The position numbers were made by a program, and so were the translations under genes. From Marsupella aquatica (Eukaryota; Plantae; Marchantiophyta): a stretch of DNA of 64,000 nt. The stretch covers positions 11,215,892-11,279,891 of the forward strand of contig OZ316894.1 of NCBI GenBank assembly GCA_973895155.1. The letters are read 5' to 3'. Under the pieces are notes generated by a model. It worked only from the letters and a program-made list of their open reading frames with translations, did not search any database and was not told the DNA's origin. Positions 25,251 to 38,305 of this stretch are shown here, piece by piece (the first letter of the stretch is position 1; each line of letters starts with the position of its first letter).

Positions 25251-26019
25251 GCACGGGCTTTTGCAAGCTTTTAGTGATCTTCGAATTTGACATCGTCTTT
25301 GCACAGGCATCGAGCTTTCAGTGTTCTTCGAAATTGACATTTAATTTGCTACTACAATTTCTGCAATGGTGGCTCCCCAGTTCACTTGATCGTCTCTGGG
25401 GCAAGCGGGGCTCGTTTTCGCGGTCGAACAAGAACCGAAAGTTACTAAGAATCTGTGAATGTTATCGCCGGGGTTCTTCCTCTGTCCCCTGCAATTCTCC
25501 CTGGCGACGGGCAGATAACACTTTTGTTCTGGAGAGCACTTCACATTTGTATGTATCGTATGCACTCAAATAGTGTGAGATTTGAAGCCATTTTCAATGC
25601 TGTCCTTTCAGTCTTCTCCTACAGCCGAATAACTGCTGTGTCCTACGTTTTACAGTAACTGTGCCTGGTTGGCACTAAGTGGTATGACTGAATGAATTTT
25701 TTTTAATTGTCGCCAAGGATGAGGCTTTTTTTATTTCGGCTTATGTCCAATAGTAGTTGCTCAGAACAGACTGGGATTCTCGTTCCGCTGTGAAGCCCTT
25801 AAATATGAATCTGCTAAGAAACTCTTCTGCAGTTTAAATGACAGGTCAAGCGGAGTGTGTAATTCTCATGGCAGTTTTTTGGCGTTGATGCTCTCCAGGA
25901 GCGTAGCACATCAGGCTATCAAGGGGCGGAAAGTTTGGTTCTCCTCATACTTTGTTGAGTTGCTAGACTCAGCAGTAACCTTAATATATCGCCGAGGAAG
26001 TAGATTCGGAAATTTAGCA

Positions 26020-26706
26020 ATGAGGCGCGTTTTTGGAGTAAAGAAGGAAACAGCTCCTTCTCTATCTGTGGAGGAGGCGGCCGAGCGTATCAATAAAAGG
26101 GGTGATAATATCGATGAAAAGATCAAGAAATTGGACGTAGAACTGGTCAAGTACCGAGAGCAGATCAAGCGAACTAGGCCTGGTCCCGCACAAGAGGCAG
26201 TCAAGGCTCGTGCCATGCGCATTCTGAAGCAGAAGAAAATGTTTGAAGGGCAGCGGGATCAAATATATAATCAAACATTCAGTCTAGAGCAAGTTTCCTT
26301 TGCCACCGAAGGCATTAAGGATGCTCAGCAGACTATGTCTGCCATGAAAGCGGCCAACAAAGAGCTGAAGGGAACAATGAAGAATTTGAAAATGAACGAT
26401 ATCGACAAGATGCAAGACGAGATGATGGACTTGGTGGACTATAGTAGTGAGATCCAGGAATCTCTTGGTCGCAGCTACAGTGTACCCGATGATATCGATG
26501 AAGAGGAACTCATGGGTGAGCTTTCAGCATTGGAGGAGGATATGGGAAGTGAGACTGTGTCCCATGGGGTTCCTACTTATCTGCAAGAGGAACCGGAACT
26601 TGAGTCAGCATCACTGCATCTTCCTTCAGCTCCCTCAGGACAGACTGCCCAGCCATTGGATGAATTTGGATTTCCAACTCCTCCAAGGACTTCTCTTAGA
26701 ACATGA
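26020..26706 (+). CDS. VPS60: ESCRT-III subunit VPS60 / CHMP5 (Snf7 family), 228 aa, single coding exon
   Basis: MRRVFGVKKE..INKRGDNIDEKIKKLDVEL..IKRTRPGPAQEAVKARAMRILKQKKMFEGQRDQIYNQTFSLEQVSFA..EIQESLGRSYSVPDDIDEEELMGEL is diagnostic of plant VPS60. The likely start is the ATG at 26020. Confidence 0.95.
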   Translation: MRRVFGVKKETAPSLSVEEAAERINKRGDNIDEKIKKLDVELVKYREQIKRTRPGPAQEAVKARAMRILKQKKMFEGQRDQIYNQTFSLEQVSFATEGIKDAQQTMSAMKAANKELKGTMKNLKMNDIDKMQDEMMDLVDYSSEIQESLGRSYSVPDDIDEEELMGELSALEEDMGSETVSHGVPTYLQEEPELESASLHLPSAPSGQTAQPLDEFGFPTPPRTSLRT

Positions 26707-29484
26707 CACATTAGTATTGGTTGCTTAGTTGCTTTTCGTCCGCCTCAGGAAATGTAGGGTACCCTTGCCAAAGTTGGTATTGGCATTGTGATAGTTCAAC
26801 GGCTATTCTGGCAGGGTGGACGCAAGTCCTCCTTGGTTGCCCTTGTTAACACTGTTCAGAACTGATAAGCGTGAGTCCCTGCTCAGGAGCGTCTGTCAAT
26901 GTGGGATCCCTGAGTTCGTCCCTGTCCAGGAAAACATTCCTGCAGCGCCGACATTGATAATCATTCCTGCTCACGGACGTTGATCAGTGTCCCCACCTTC
27001 ACCTCCGTCATGCAGCTGAAGGAGTCCATGACGCGTTCGACTTGTTAGCATGTACATAGGTCTCAGCTTCTTCGAAATCTGAGCCTCGTGTCTCTATTTT
27101 AAAGTTACGAAAGTAATTTGTGTACTCTATAAATCAGAAAGACGGGTCGACTGAGATTTTGTCTTCTGTTAATGGGCCATCTTCAGCACCGGTGTCTATA
27201 GAGGTGTGAACTGGTATGTGTAGACCTTTGATTCCAATTTTTCGTAGCTACAAACTAAGCATATACTTTAAGGAGTGATCTTCGTTTTCAGTGATGCAGT
27301 TCATCATTCTGGTTAAAGAAGCAAACCCCTTCGGGGAACTGGTAGACTGCATAGCTCACGTGAGTACTCTAGTCTGAACTTAGCTGTAGTAGAAGCACGA
27401 TCTTCTTAGGAAAGTCGTCCTATCCCTCATCAAGTCTGGCATAGCCATCATAACATTCTATTTGTAGATATCGGATTGTAGCGTGAATTGATTTTAGATT
27501 GGTCTAAGTAGTACAAGCTTCAAATGAACAACACGCAGGCCTGCGAGCTCGTAGGCAGGACTTCTAACGGGACATTCTTCCTCCTTCTGGCCAACAACCG
27601 CACACCGTAATTCCCAACCAGACTATTTGACTTCGCCAGAGAGGGCCAGCTATGAGTTATGAAAAGTCTGGGACTCATTTTTATATCTGCTAGGAATTGA
27701 TTCATGAAGGTGCTCGACCTGCGTTTGGAAAGGTGTGGAAGATCTCGCTTGTGCCCTAATTGTTAAAAGTGAACTAGCACTTACTGCTCAAGAGGGATTG
27801 GAATTGCAGTTTTTAAGACCCGTGAGCTGCCGAATACATGAAGGCCCCTCGAACCGGTCCTGAAGGCAGTTTGGAAGTGCATTGGCTAAAATGAACAGAT
27901 GCAAGCTGTTGAAAGGAAAGGAATTAGATATAATACGGACATGCCCCACCCACAACTCATGATGACAACCCGCATGCAGACTACTGTCGAACACTTCCGG
28001 CATTTCCTTCGTAGTGTTGTATGCTTGTGGAAATTGAAGACGTATCAGTCTGCTCATGAATACAGTGCTGGACACCCGAACCAGTCCATGTCTTCAATAA
28101 TTTATAATCCCCACTTAGATTTTCTGACTGCACGCCACCTAAAACTACAGAAATCAAGTAGTTCCCCTCCTGCAGCATCCGACTGCCCTCCAATACAGAC
28201 ACTTTCCCTTTTTTTCCAAATATGTCCCTCTTTTCTCTTCTCCTAGGTTGTGTCCCTGCTCACCATTCGTGGTCCAATTTTGTTTTTCTAGCATGCCTAC
28301 AGATCCATCCACATTGGAATAAGGATTCGATGACAGAAGGTCCGACAGGCCCCTTCGTAACACTGAATTCGTTGCGAGTTTCCACGCGATCCCTCTGCTT
28401 TTGGGGTTTTTGAGGTCCTGTCACATGTCGTGGCCGAGTGCTGTATGTTTAGCGAGTCTCAATTTCTTTCGTCAAACCAGAGATTTTCAGAGAAGGCCAT
28501 CCACATAGTAACTCTAGATTATCAGAATCGTCACCATTCTGCCTCAGCAGGCAACGACCATGGATTGATAATATGCAAATAAGGAAACGACGCTGGAGAT
28601 GGCTGCGCTCTCAGGCCAAGCTGGTTATCTGCAGGGCAGTGGAATTCTGAGCTGGTTACCACAGGCGATGGCCAGCCTTCTCTGCCAAAATAATCACAGA
28701 TTTCATTCGGAAGTTCTCTGCGCTGCACGTGGTGGCACTGGCGAGCGAGTACGACGACAAATGCAGATTTCTAGGGTCCCAGGCATTGCTGCCATAGGTA
28801 TTTCGAGCTGCAAATTGAGGCCCGAGTCCAATTTAAGTGGAAGAGTATATTGCGTCGCAGAAGAGGACCGGGACGCTCGACGAAGGGGAATTCAATGGCG
28901 ATCAAGAATCTGTTTTAATTGGAGTCTCACCCCAAGGAAATTCTGCTCTGGTGTTGCATCCGGGGCTCGTGTTGCTCCACTAGTTGGAGATGGGATGGAA
29001 GCGCCAGTATCTCGGAATGAACTCCTCTGGCCTGGCGTGCTTAATTTGGAGTCGGATGAAATCACAACTGGCCAGCCTTGTGAGTTGAGATTTAATCCAT
29101 TAGTGTACTGAAGTACAAAACAGGGTTCGTCACGTTTGTTTGCGCCGATGGAAGTTTCTCCAGCCCAAATTGCAGAAGCAATATCACCAAATTCCATGAC
29201 TCAAGTCAATATGAAGTCGTTATATAGGCTGGTGGGATGATCTTGGGTCGAAGGAAAATATTATCTACTGTTTGGTAGTAAATTCCAAACATCTGTTGAA
29301 ATTACTGGTGCGGGGGAGAAATAGTGCAGAGACATTTTTGTCTTCGAAGTGGGAGTTTTTGTCGTTGATATGCGCCTAAAGGAGTTGTGACTTGATAGGA
29401 AATTCATCGGAACCAGCAGGCATAAGTTTTTCTCATATTGACGGACTAACTCCCAAGAGACACCTAAATGTGAGCTAAAGGCAA

Positions 29485-32400
29485 ATGCATGTCCTTTACA
29501 CAGATTACGGTGCCACATCATGTTATTTCAACTTCTGGTTCAAATCCTTCTTCTTCACTCTCCTAGCAATCGGGCTATCCTTTGGTCAAACCCTGGGGTC
29601 AGAGGCGCGTTCTGATTGTAATGATGCGGCGGCTTATTATGCCCCTGTCCATGGAGTAGAGGGACTTGAATTAAAGACCAAGCTACATGATATCATTAAA
29701 GATCATGACGTTCTTAGCTACATTCAGGTACTCGGTATACGCCTGAAAAATGCACATACCGATCTTAGTCTAATTCGATAACGTTGCATTGTTGAGCTGA
29801 GACTCGAGTCCTTCAATGCTAGCCAAGACTTTGAAGTCCATCACTTTTTTTCGTAGTTCGATCACTTATCATTGTAGTCTTCCTCTCACTGTTAGAGTTC
29901 TGTTTCTGCTTGCAGGTGTGGGATGCTTTGAAATTATTAGATGAGGCCGCTGATGATCCAAGCAGTGTGTATGTTCCCGTTTCTTTCTGAGACGATAGTT
30001 TGAAGGATTTCAACTATCTTTGAACTTCAAAATTTTCAGGCTTTCCAGAACGGTCGTTTACGTTTTCGATGAAGTCCTTGTATTGTTTCGCTAGGTCCCC
30101 GTGTACCTGTTTAAGTGTAGCGTAAACAAGAATTATAGAAAAGGAATGTGGACATCTGTCAACTCCGGGAACTTGCAGTACTTCATGCTGTGCTAGGCTA
30201 TCTTCATCAAACTGCTTCTTAGTGGAGCTCTCTTTGCGCATTTCGAGTGTTAGATTGTTGATCACGCTGAAGTTTACAATTGCAAAAGAGTTCACGAGAC
30301 AATCGCGGGTTTGAGAGCAGCTGTAGTACCATAGTTTCCATTTCGTTATGTGAAGCTTTGTTTGACTTTGTGCTCGAGTCACTTTCAAATTGGATCGTGC
30401 GCAAGTAGTCGTTCTGTTTGAAGTATTCAGAAATCGCTGTAAATTGTGATGGAACGGAAATAGAGCTTGAATTTCACTTTACTGTTCAGCAAGGGAATTG
30501 TGTTTGTGTGATGAAGGTCCCACTCGGTGCAGGGTTGAAATATACAGTTCGAGGAAGGTTGCAAAGTCTCTTCAAGCAAGCACAGATGGATGGAACCGTT
30601 TCTTTCTAATCCCTATGACCCAAAACTCATGCATTGAACTCTTGAACAGAATCGTGGTTCTTTCGAGTGGCTGTTGCATACTAGCATTAATGTTTCTCTA
30701 TGTGAAGTTGTAAGTTTTTACTTCTTAGAAAAGACTGGGCTACGGCAGTGTGGATAGATACGTCAGTATCACCAGATATATGGCACTTTTTTCAGACGGC
30801 ACATCTTAGTTGAATTTGCTTTCCTTGCAGATTGCAATGTAGTCAGTAGTAAAGGAAGAACAGTTACTGCAGAATTGACCATATTTTTCTTGCAGGAGAG
30901 CATTTGTGGCCACGCTCTTATGGCTTGATAATGGGAAGACCAGAATTCACAGATCTTCAAAACTTGCGAGCATCCGATGTCAATGGTGAGAATTTATTTA
31001 GTTGAATATTATCAACAGCTTGTGTGCAGGAGGCCTGCTAGTTGAGATGGATGAAGACATTTCACCAACTATGCTGAGTGTTTCAAAATGTTCCGTTGAG
31101 ATGAAAGATTTCTTTGTATTAGTAGCTTAAAAAGAACTTCTCATTTAATACTGGCTTTTAAAGCTAGAACGATTGCTTTGTATTTGACCAGTGAACTCAT
31201 CACGAGGCAACAAGTTTTTTGGAGACTGCACTGAATCGCTATCGAACAAGTGTATAGTACCAGCAAATAAGGAGGCTGCGCCTGACACTGGCACCAATAC
31301 AGGCATTTGGATGCCTCCTGCACAGGTGGTAAAATCTGTGGTCATTGCTCCGTGGTCAACACATATTGGCTATGAAGCACTCTCCCTTCTCTATTTCCCT
31401 CACAATCGTTATCTCATCTCAGTACTTTGTGAAGATGTTATGTAGGGCCCTGGGTTTTTGACATTTACAACCTTTGAACTGGATCTCCTCAAAAAGGAAT
31501 GTTCATAATAGATTTCTCATACTAAGCTGACCAGCCTCATATTGGATCTCTCTCTTTCAGGTGAGAGGGGATATTGCAAGAGTCTTGATGTACATGGCAG
31601 TCCGTTATGGGATTGATCAACCAGCCGGAAGTCCAGAGTTGCAACTTTCAGACTCACCTAGTATAGGTAGATTACTTTTTCTTGAAATTTTGATATAGAT
31701 TTGATATAGATTTGATATAGTTTGATAGATTTGTACATTTGAATTGCCCGTCTTTCCTTTCGTAGAGTCCAATATCTGACTAATTGTTTCATGTTGCGCG
31801 TGTATGGACAGTTGATTCAGATCTAGCTGAAGCTCTCTATTGTGGGGTTTCCATTTCTGGTTCTTTACGATATTGAGAAATATTGAAGTAATGACCTGGG
31901 ACCTTCTTGACTTGTCCAGAGAATGCGCGAATGGGCCGTCTTTCAGATCTGTTGCACTGGAATGAAACAGACCCCCCGTCAGACGCAGAAAAGCTGCGCA
32001 ACAATCGTATTTGCTCACTCTATCAGCACAATCGAAATCCTTTTGTAGATCATCCCGAGTATGCAAAATCGATTTGGGGAGTTACCACTACCAGTGCACA
32101 AATGCCAGGTATTGCTAAAGGTTCCATGGGAGAGAAAAATGATGCTTGGATCAACGAATTCCACTACGATAATGAAGGTGTTGATGTGGATGAGGTTAGT
32201 TGTTTTGTAGCCTTCCTCCTAGTTTTCAAATTTTCTCCATTCTACTACATTGTCTCCAAAATCAAGTTTCATAGGTGATGTGTATAGAAGGTCTTTCGCC
32301 AGAGTCAATGACCCTGGGAGAGGACGCGTTTTGGGGTTTACGTAAATTGATACTTGTTACGTCATGTACGTACCCAAAACTTTTAAGGTCTGGAATCCAG

Positions 32401-32991
32401 GTTGGGAATCCGTGCAATTTGTGTTCAATGTGTCACTTATTGGCTCGGCTATTGGTTTGATTCTCGTTTGGTAATCTGCAGTTTGTGGAAGTGGTAGTAG
32501 GGCCAAAAGTGAGTCCTTCGTCTCTTACTGTGGTTCTCTACAATGGAGGAGATGGGAAAGTTTATGGGACACTGCCACTGAGGGATGGCACTGTCTTCTC
32601 AAGAGCGGAAGATATTGGCATGGGTTTCACCCTCTTCGTGGCAAAGCTTCCAAGCGGGTCAATACAAAATGGTCCCAGAGATGGCTTGGCATTGGTTCAA
32701 GGAAACAGCGCTACGCATTCCGTTAATGTCCTACAATTCTTGTCATATGAGGGCACATTCACGGCTTTGGATGGACCTGCTCAAGGGCTTCAGTCTGCGG
32801 ACATAATGGTCAAGGAGGGTTCTAAGACTCCTCCCGGAAGTTCATTGGGATTATCGGGTTCTGGGCAGGCCTACAATGAATTTCAGTGGTCAGAATTCAG
32901 GTCTGGAGCTTCTCCTGGGAGCTGGAATTTGGGTCAAACTCTTCGAGCAGCATTTAGGCAACTAAGATCGAAATTGGCAATAAGCCGATGA
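29485..32991 (+). CDS. Probably secreted endonuclease I / extracellular ribonuclease Bsn-like His-Me nuclease with a C-terminal lamin-tail-like domain (~491 aa)
   Basis: Exons 29485-29727, 29916-29968, 30533-30597, 30896-30985, 31192-31325, 31561-31666, 31920-32194, 32482-32991 (1476 nt, in phase). Motifs: LKTKLHDIIKDH, WNREHLWPRSYG, TDLQNLRASDVNVNSSRGNKFFG, VRGDIAR.LMYMAVRY, LL.WN..DPPSDAEKLRNN..YQHNRNPFVDHPEY, WINEFHYDNEGVDVDEFVE, IQNGPRDGLALV..QFLSYEG. Hydrophobic signal-like N-terminus. The start could be further upstream (possible acceptor at ~29502). Confidence 0.9.
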
Positions 32992-33764
32992 CCACATTTT
33001 GATTCAACATTGTACCTTCCATTCTTTTTAAACAACAGTCACCACTCGTCCATTGACTGTGAGGGCTCCATTTGCTTGAGATCTCCGTTCTGGATTGATA
33101 TCACGGCAAACAATTTGCCGTGTCCTTGCATACCTGTAACTCTGCGCTTCTGAGCCCAACTTACCGCACCAAGTCTTGGGCGACCAAATTGGTATTTGCT
33201 CGGTATATTTGCTCTTTTATCAGTCCAGATTCAATAAGCAACACAGAGCATGGCTTTAACAAATCTTGCTGGATTTTACTTTCACAACTGTATCTCGGTA
33301 GATGCACTCTACGCGTCTTGGTAGATCCAATATGACGCGCTTTTTGACATTGTACTCATCATTTTCTTGTGGTGCATAATTATAGTTAAAGATCTGATAA
33401 TATCTGTCTAAATTGAGTGACCACGCTTTATATCCCTTACATGCACCACACCATATCCCAAGGTGCAGTGAACTGTAAACCTTTTCGTTCATCCATTCAA
33501 TGCGATGGCGAATTTGGAACTGCCGACACGGATGAGAACATCAGGAGTGGTTGGCCATATCAGATCAACAAGTGTCCCTCTACATGAGGCAACTTTACTT
33601 GTTCCGTAAGAGGCCTGGACAAGAGTGTAACGATCTCAATCAAAATTGCTTTACAGTGCATGTATGACAGCTTTCAATAGTATAGCACCAGGCAATCAGG
33701 ACAAAACCTTAAGAATCTCATTCAGTATCCTTTTCTACTAGTGACAGCCTTGGGGAGAACTTGG

Positions 33765-33950
33765 CCATCTGTGTCAACATCCCTTTAGTGTACTCAAATG
33801 GTTAAGTGACCCCCCCAAGGGCCAGCTGTGTAGTATTCCTTTACAGTACTCAAATGGTTTAGTTACTCAAATGGTTAATTAAGTGACCTTCAAACGGTCA
33901 GGTGTGTCAACATCTTCGTACAGTACTCAAATGGCTAAGTGACCCCAAAA
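33765..33950. repeat. Short tandem repeat (gtactcaaatggttaagtgacc core, 3-4 copies)
   Basis: Core at ~33790, 33846, 33863 and 33923. Confidence 0.75.
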
Positions 33951-34339
33951 GGGATTTATTATTCCTGAGCTTTAGAGCATCTCCAGCCGTTTAGCTTCCG
34001 AGCACTGCTGAACCACAGGTTGACAGCCATGGACGGGGGCCAGACCCTGCACAGGTGATGGGAACTCCATTGGTGAAGCAAAAAATCAATCGACGTTCAG
34101 GGCAGCCCTGGTTTGTCATGCTTGGCGCACCAGGTTTCTGCTAGATGGTGCTGCATCCTGGCCCTGATGACTGCCAATCGATTTGCATGTCGGTCCACGG
34201 GCACTACCTTGCACCATCGTTCTGCCAAAAAATGAAGGTTGAAAGCTTGTATATATTGCAGTCAGAAATATTAATTATCTAAATTCCTGTAGATTAATTT
34301 TAGGCCATCAGATCTCTGTGGATTTAAGGAACACTACGA

Positions 34340-35110
34340 GAATTTGGGTGATGGGCCTCTGGCTAGGTGTGGAACTGGCTGAGGGAAGATAAAAAATCCA
34401 ACATGATTTTTGCCACTAAAACTGTCATTTGACCAGCAAAATGTTTAAGGTTTCTTCTTTTTCAATGTCACCTTGTGTGAATGAGAAGGTGCTAGGGATA
34501 GTCATTATCATATCTCCCTAGATTTATTTCTGAACATCATATCTCCCTAGATTCCTGCTAATGGGCATGTGCCTAGGTGGGAAAGTGGCTAATGGAAGAC
34601 CACAGAACCTACTCTAGCTAGTTTTTGCCACTAAAAAATGCTGTCTCATGAGAGCTTGATTATTTGGGGTTTTTTTTGTTCAAGGTCACCTCCTGCGAAA
34701 GAGAAGATACTAGGTAGATTCTTTATCTACATTTTCCATATTTACTTCCGACCAGCAGGTCTCCCTGGATTTGAGGATAATTGTATGATTCTGGCTAATG
34801 GGTCTGTGGCTACCGTAGGCGTGAAACTGGCTAAGGAAAGACAAAAGAACCTAGCCTATTTTTGCCACTAAAAACATGCTGTCACATGAACAGCTTAATT
34901 ATTTAGATTATTTCATTTTCAAGGTCACCTTGCGTGAAGGAGAAGATACAGTAGGTTCTTTTGTCATCCATGGGAAATATACTGGCCACTAAAAAATACT
35001 GTAACATGGTCGGCTTAATTATTTAGGTCTTTTCAGATGATAACAGTTAGATTTGGACTAATATGGTTCCAAGTTTGTGGCCAGGTGAGAAACTGGGAAA
35101 TGAACAAAAA
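34340..35110. repeat. Degenerate ~230-240-bp tandem repeat
   Basis: aactggct..ggaaga..ttttgccactaaaa..ctgtca..tcaaggtcacct..gagaagatac repeated at ~34370, 34585 and 34825, with a partial copy at 34980-35100. Confidence 0.7.
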
Positions 35111-38100
35111 CCTACACTGTTCATCCTAGTTAGTGTTATGCAAGAATTAAAGTTAGTCCAAGAAGAATGTTATTAACACTTGGTAAAAAGTGATTTTTGA
35201 GGTCAAGTAACACTATTTTCATTGTTGTATTTTCATAATGACTTTTTTTCCATTTTTGTTTGAATTGCTAGTAAAACATAGATGATCTTGAGTCCAAAGT
35301 GGCACTACTTCTTGTGAATTTTCAAAATAGTTTTTGTCCCTCTATTTTTCCGTTCTTGAGACCACAGCACTAATTCATGCGCATAGAAATAATGTTAACA
35401 TAAATTAATGTGACTAATACTAATTCATAAGTAGACCCTAGAAAAATTGACGTTCTTGAGACAATGTGAGTGACAATAATTACAGTGAACACTATATACA
35501 AATTTTGTAGACCAGTTTCTCCAGTCTCAAAACTTTTCAGAGAGGTGGAATCTAACCACCCAAAACACATATGCCCCCTTGGATTCAGGGAGACTCTTCC
35601 CTATTTTGTCATTCAATGCACCTGGGTTCTGCCCCACACCCCACCCTAAATCTCTCCTCATTTTTGTGTCCCATTTCAGTTTTTTTTTGGTCTCCTGGAT
35701 GCCCCTGCCCAACCCATGCCCTGGCAGCCCTTCAAAACCCGCCCTTTTGTTAGCCTCTTTATTTCTATATTTTTATTTTAATGGTTTCTCTGGCCCGCTC
35801 TCTGGCAGTTTGTCAGATTTCCTCTGTATTTTGAAAGTTTGAAACATGGAAATAAAACCCAAGACCAAAGAGCCAAATAAGGCAGAGAGCTGCCACCAAT
35901 GGCAAGAAGAACTAAAACCCTCCTTACAAACATAAATTTCAGGACTGAATTCAAGGATGTCAAAAAGAGTCTGGTTGCATTGAGGTTTCTTTTGTCAGTT
36001 GCAATAAACTAAAATTGTCTCAGATTTCAATCCAGAAGAGAATTATCTGGTTGGTTGAAAGAGAATGTACATCTCACAGTTCTAAAAACTCGCGGCCTCA
36101 AGAGAGAGTGGCTGCGCTGCCCAGCTGTAACCGAGAGCGGGTCGTAAGAAGGCGGGCAGGGCACAGTCACAAAACACAGATACAATATCCAGCTGCCCTC
36201 CAGGCGACCAGGAGGGAGGGCAGCAGCGGCACCGTCACTAAAGTTTCTCTGAGCACCACCCACCTCCCGCCGCCGCGTGGTGGCGGGAAAAAACTGGGGA
36301 CATGACTGTAAACGAGAGCGGGTCGTAAGACGGGCAGGATACGTTACTTAATAATTAAACACAGGAATCCAGCTGCCCGTGCAAACGTATGAATCACATA
36401 CGACGAGAGCTGGCCATGCAGGCACGCACCCAAACGGGGCAGCACACGAACACACAGTCACACCACTACGTACCGGGCAAGAAAAGAAAAAGACCACGGG
36501 CAGTATAATATGTTTCTTCCGCCCCAAGCAGGAGTTGGGGCACTTGGGCAGCACGTAAGCATACGCCTTCTTACTGGATGCCTTTTCGGTTTGCGAAATC
36601 AACCATTATAATATCTGATTCTGCCCAAAGGAGTCTTTGTCCCACTCTTGGAAAGAATCCATGACGGCCTTCAGATTTATTCTCTTGATTTCTTGGTCTG
36701 TGAGATTATCTGAAAAGGGGCACATGTGCACATTATAATATATAAACTTCAATAAATGTATCTAAATACAAGTCCCATGTGAAAATAAAGCCTGGATGGC
36801 CCACATTCTTTACACTTTTGACACATATGTAACCAGTAAAGAGGCTCCTAACCGTTTGTAGCTAGTTTCCATTAATATGTGCAGTGGTAAGTCTCGGCTC
36901 ATACAAACTAGTGGGCCCGACAACGTGAAATTTTGGGTGTAAAGTGAAGCAGTATGTTTCACAATCCACGGGGATGGGCAAAACAAACCCTTCAATCCAA
37001 AGTGATAACTTAAGGTCCAGGGTTAGTGGGATGATAACGTGGACAAAGGATCAGCAAGGAATTTTAAAATTTTAAATTTTTGAACAGTTCTTTGTGCAAG
37101 TTCATCTTTGCTCTTCTTGCAACTACACTTTTCTCTGCAACTTTTTTTACACAATGATATCTTTTACAGAACAATACCTTCTCCACCAATGACATCTACA
37201 ATCACCTATTTTTGCAATGACATCTTTTGCACAGCTTCAGCTTCTCCGCAGACAACATCTTTGGTGCAACTATATATTTAGTGCAAACTACATCTTTTCC
37301 ACATCAACATCTTTTGTGTCTCAACACATGGGAATTGAGCTAGTAAATAAATAACTATTAATTTTGTTGGTTTCACTACCAGAACATTGTGGGGTACTTG
37401 TGAGCCTAGAAAGAATCTTGCCATGTCCATGTCAATTTTAACATAGTGATGTAAACACTGACTTTTCAATGTGAATTTGTTTAAAAAAATACAAAATACT
37501 GTTTTGGATGGACCTTCCCAAAATATAAAGCTTGGATGGACCAAAGTGTCTGGTCCAATGTTATTATTAGAGAAGTATGAACTTTTTTACACAAAAAATT
37601 GCTATTTGAATAAAAAAAGATTTTCTTGCCGTCCATCCGGTTGTGCTGGTATATCAGAGAATATTGTCAAACGTTTATGTCCAGGGGGTTGCAGTTTCAG
37701 TATTCTGAGCTTGGGTTATCTCTTAAAACGAAAATAATTAATGTTGTGCGAACCACGGTAATAGCACATGCGACTGGGCAAGGAGACAGGACCTCGGGCA
37801 GTACGTATTCTCCAGCCTGCAGGCCCACAAAAAAGAAACCCTTGCACAACGAGAGCGAGCAATGGGACAAAACTTTTTCTCTGCCCGCGGGCAGACTAGG
37901 ACCTGTATGCAAACAGAATGGTACGCTCGGGCAGGAGCGACCTGGGCCAGGAAGTCCAGGACCACCTCGGGCAGCAGGTTCGGGCTTTTCCTCCCCCACA
38001 GGGAGGAGTTGGGCAGTACGCAAACATATCACTACGTAGCAGAATGAGAGTGGGCCAGGGCTGACCTTGGTCAGTAGTCGGTACTGAAAGTTTTCCTTTC

Positions 38101-38305
38101 CTGCCATCCCAGGACAGGACCCGGGGGCAGCACGCCAACACACAGGTACAGTCGCCTCTCTCCATACGACGGGCCTTGCACTTACATGTCGTTTGCATTG
38201 GAAGTACAGTAACATTGTAACACACAGGTAGAGTCGCCTCTCTCGAAACGAAGTCCGGGCCTTGCACTTACATGTGGTTTTTCATTAGAAGGACAATAAC
38301 AATTA

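Noticed and set aside
25855-26019. 55-aa N-terminal extension of VPS60 from the ORF track
   Set aside because: It begins at a GTG, and family homology starts at MRRVFG (26020).
28599-29111. 170-aa ORF upstream of the nuclease
   Set aside because: No recognisable domain; probably leader or uORF sequence.
33973-33990. TTAGAGCATCTCCA Tourist-like TIR
   Set aside because: No matching inverted terminus found.
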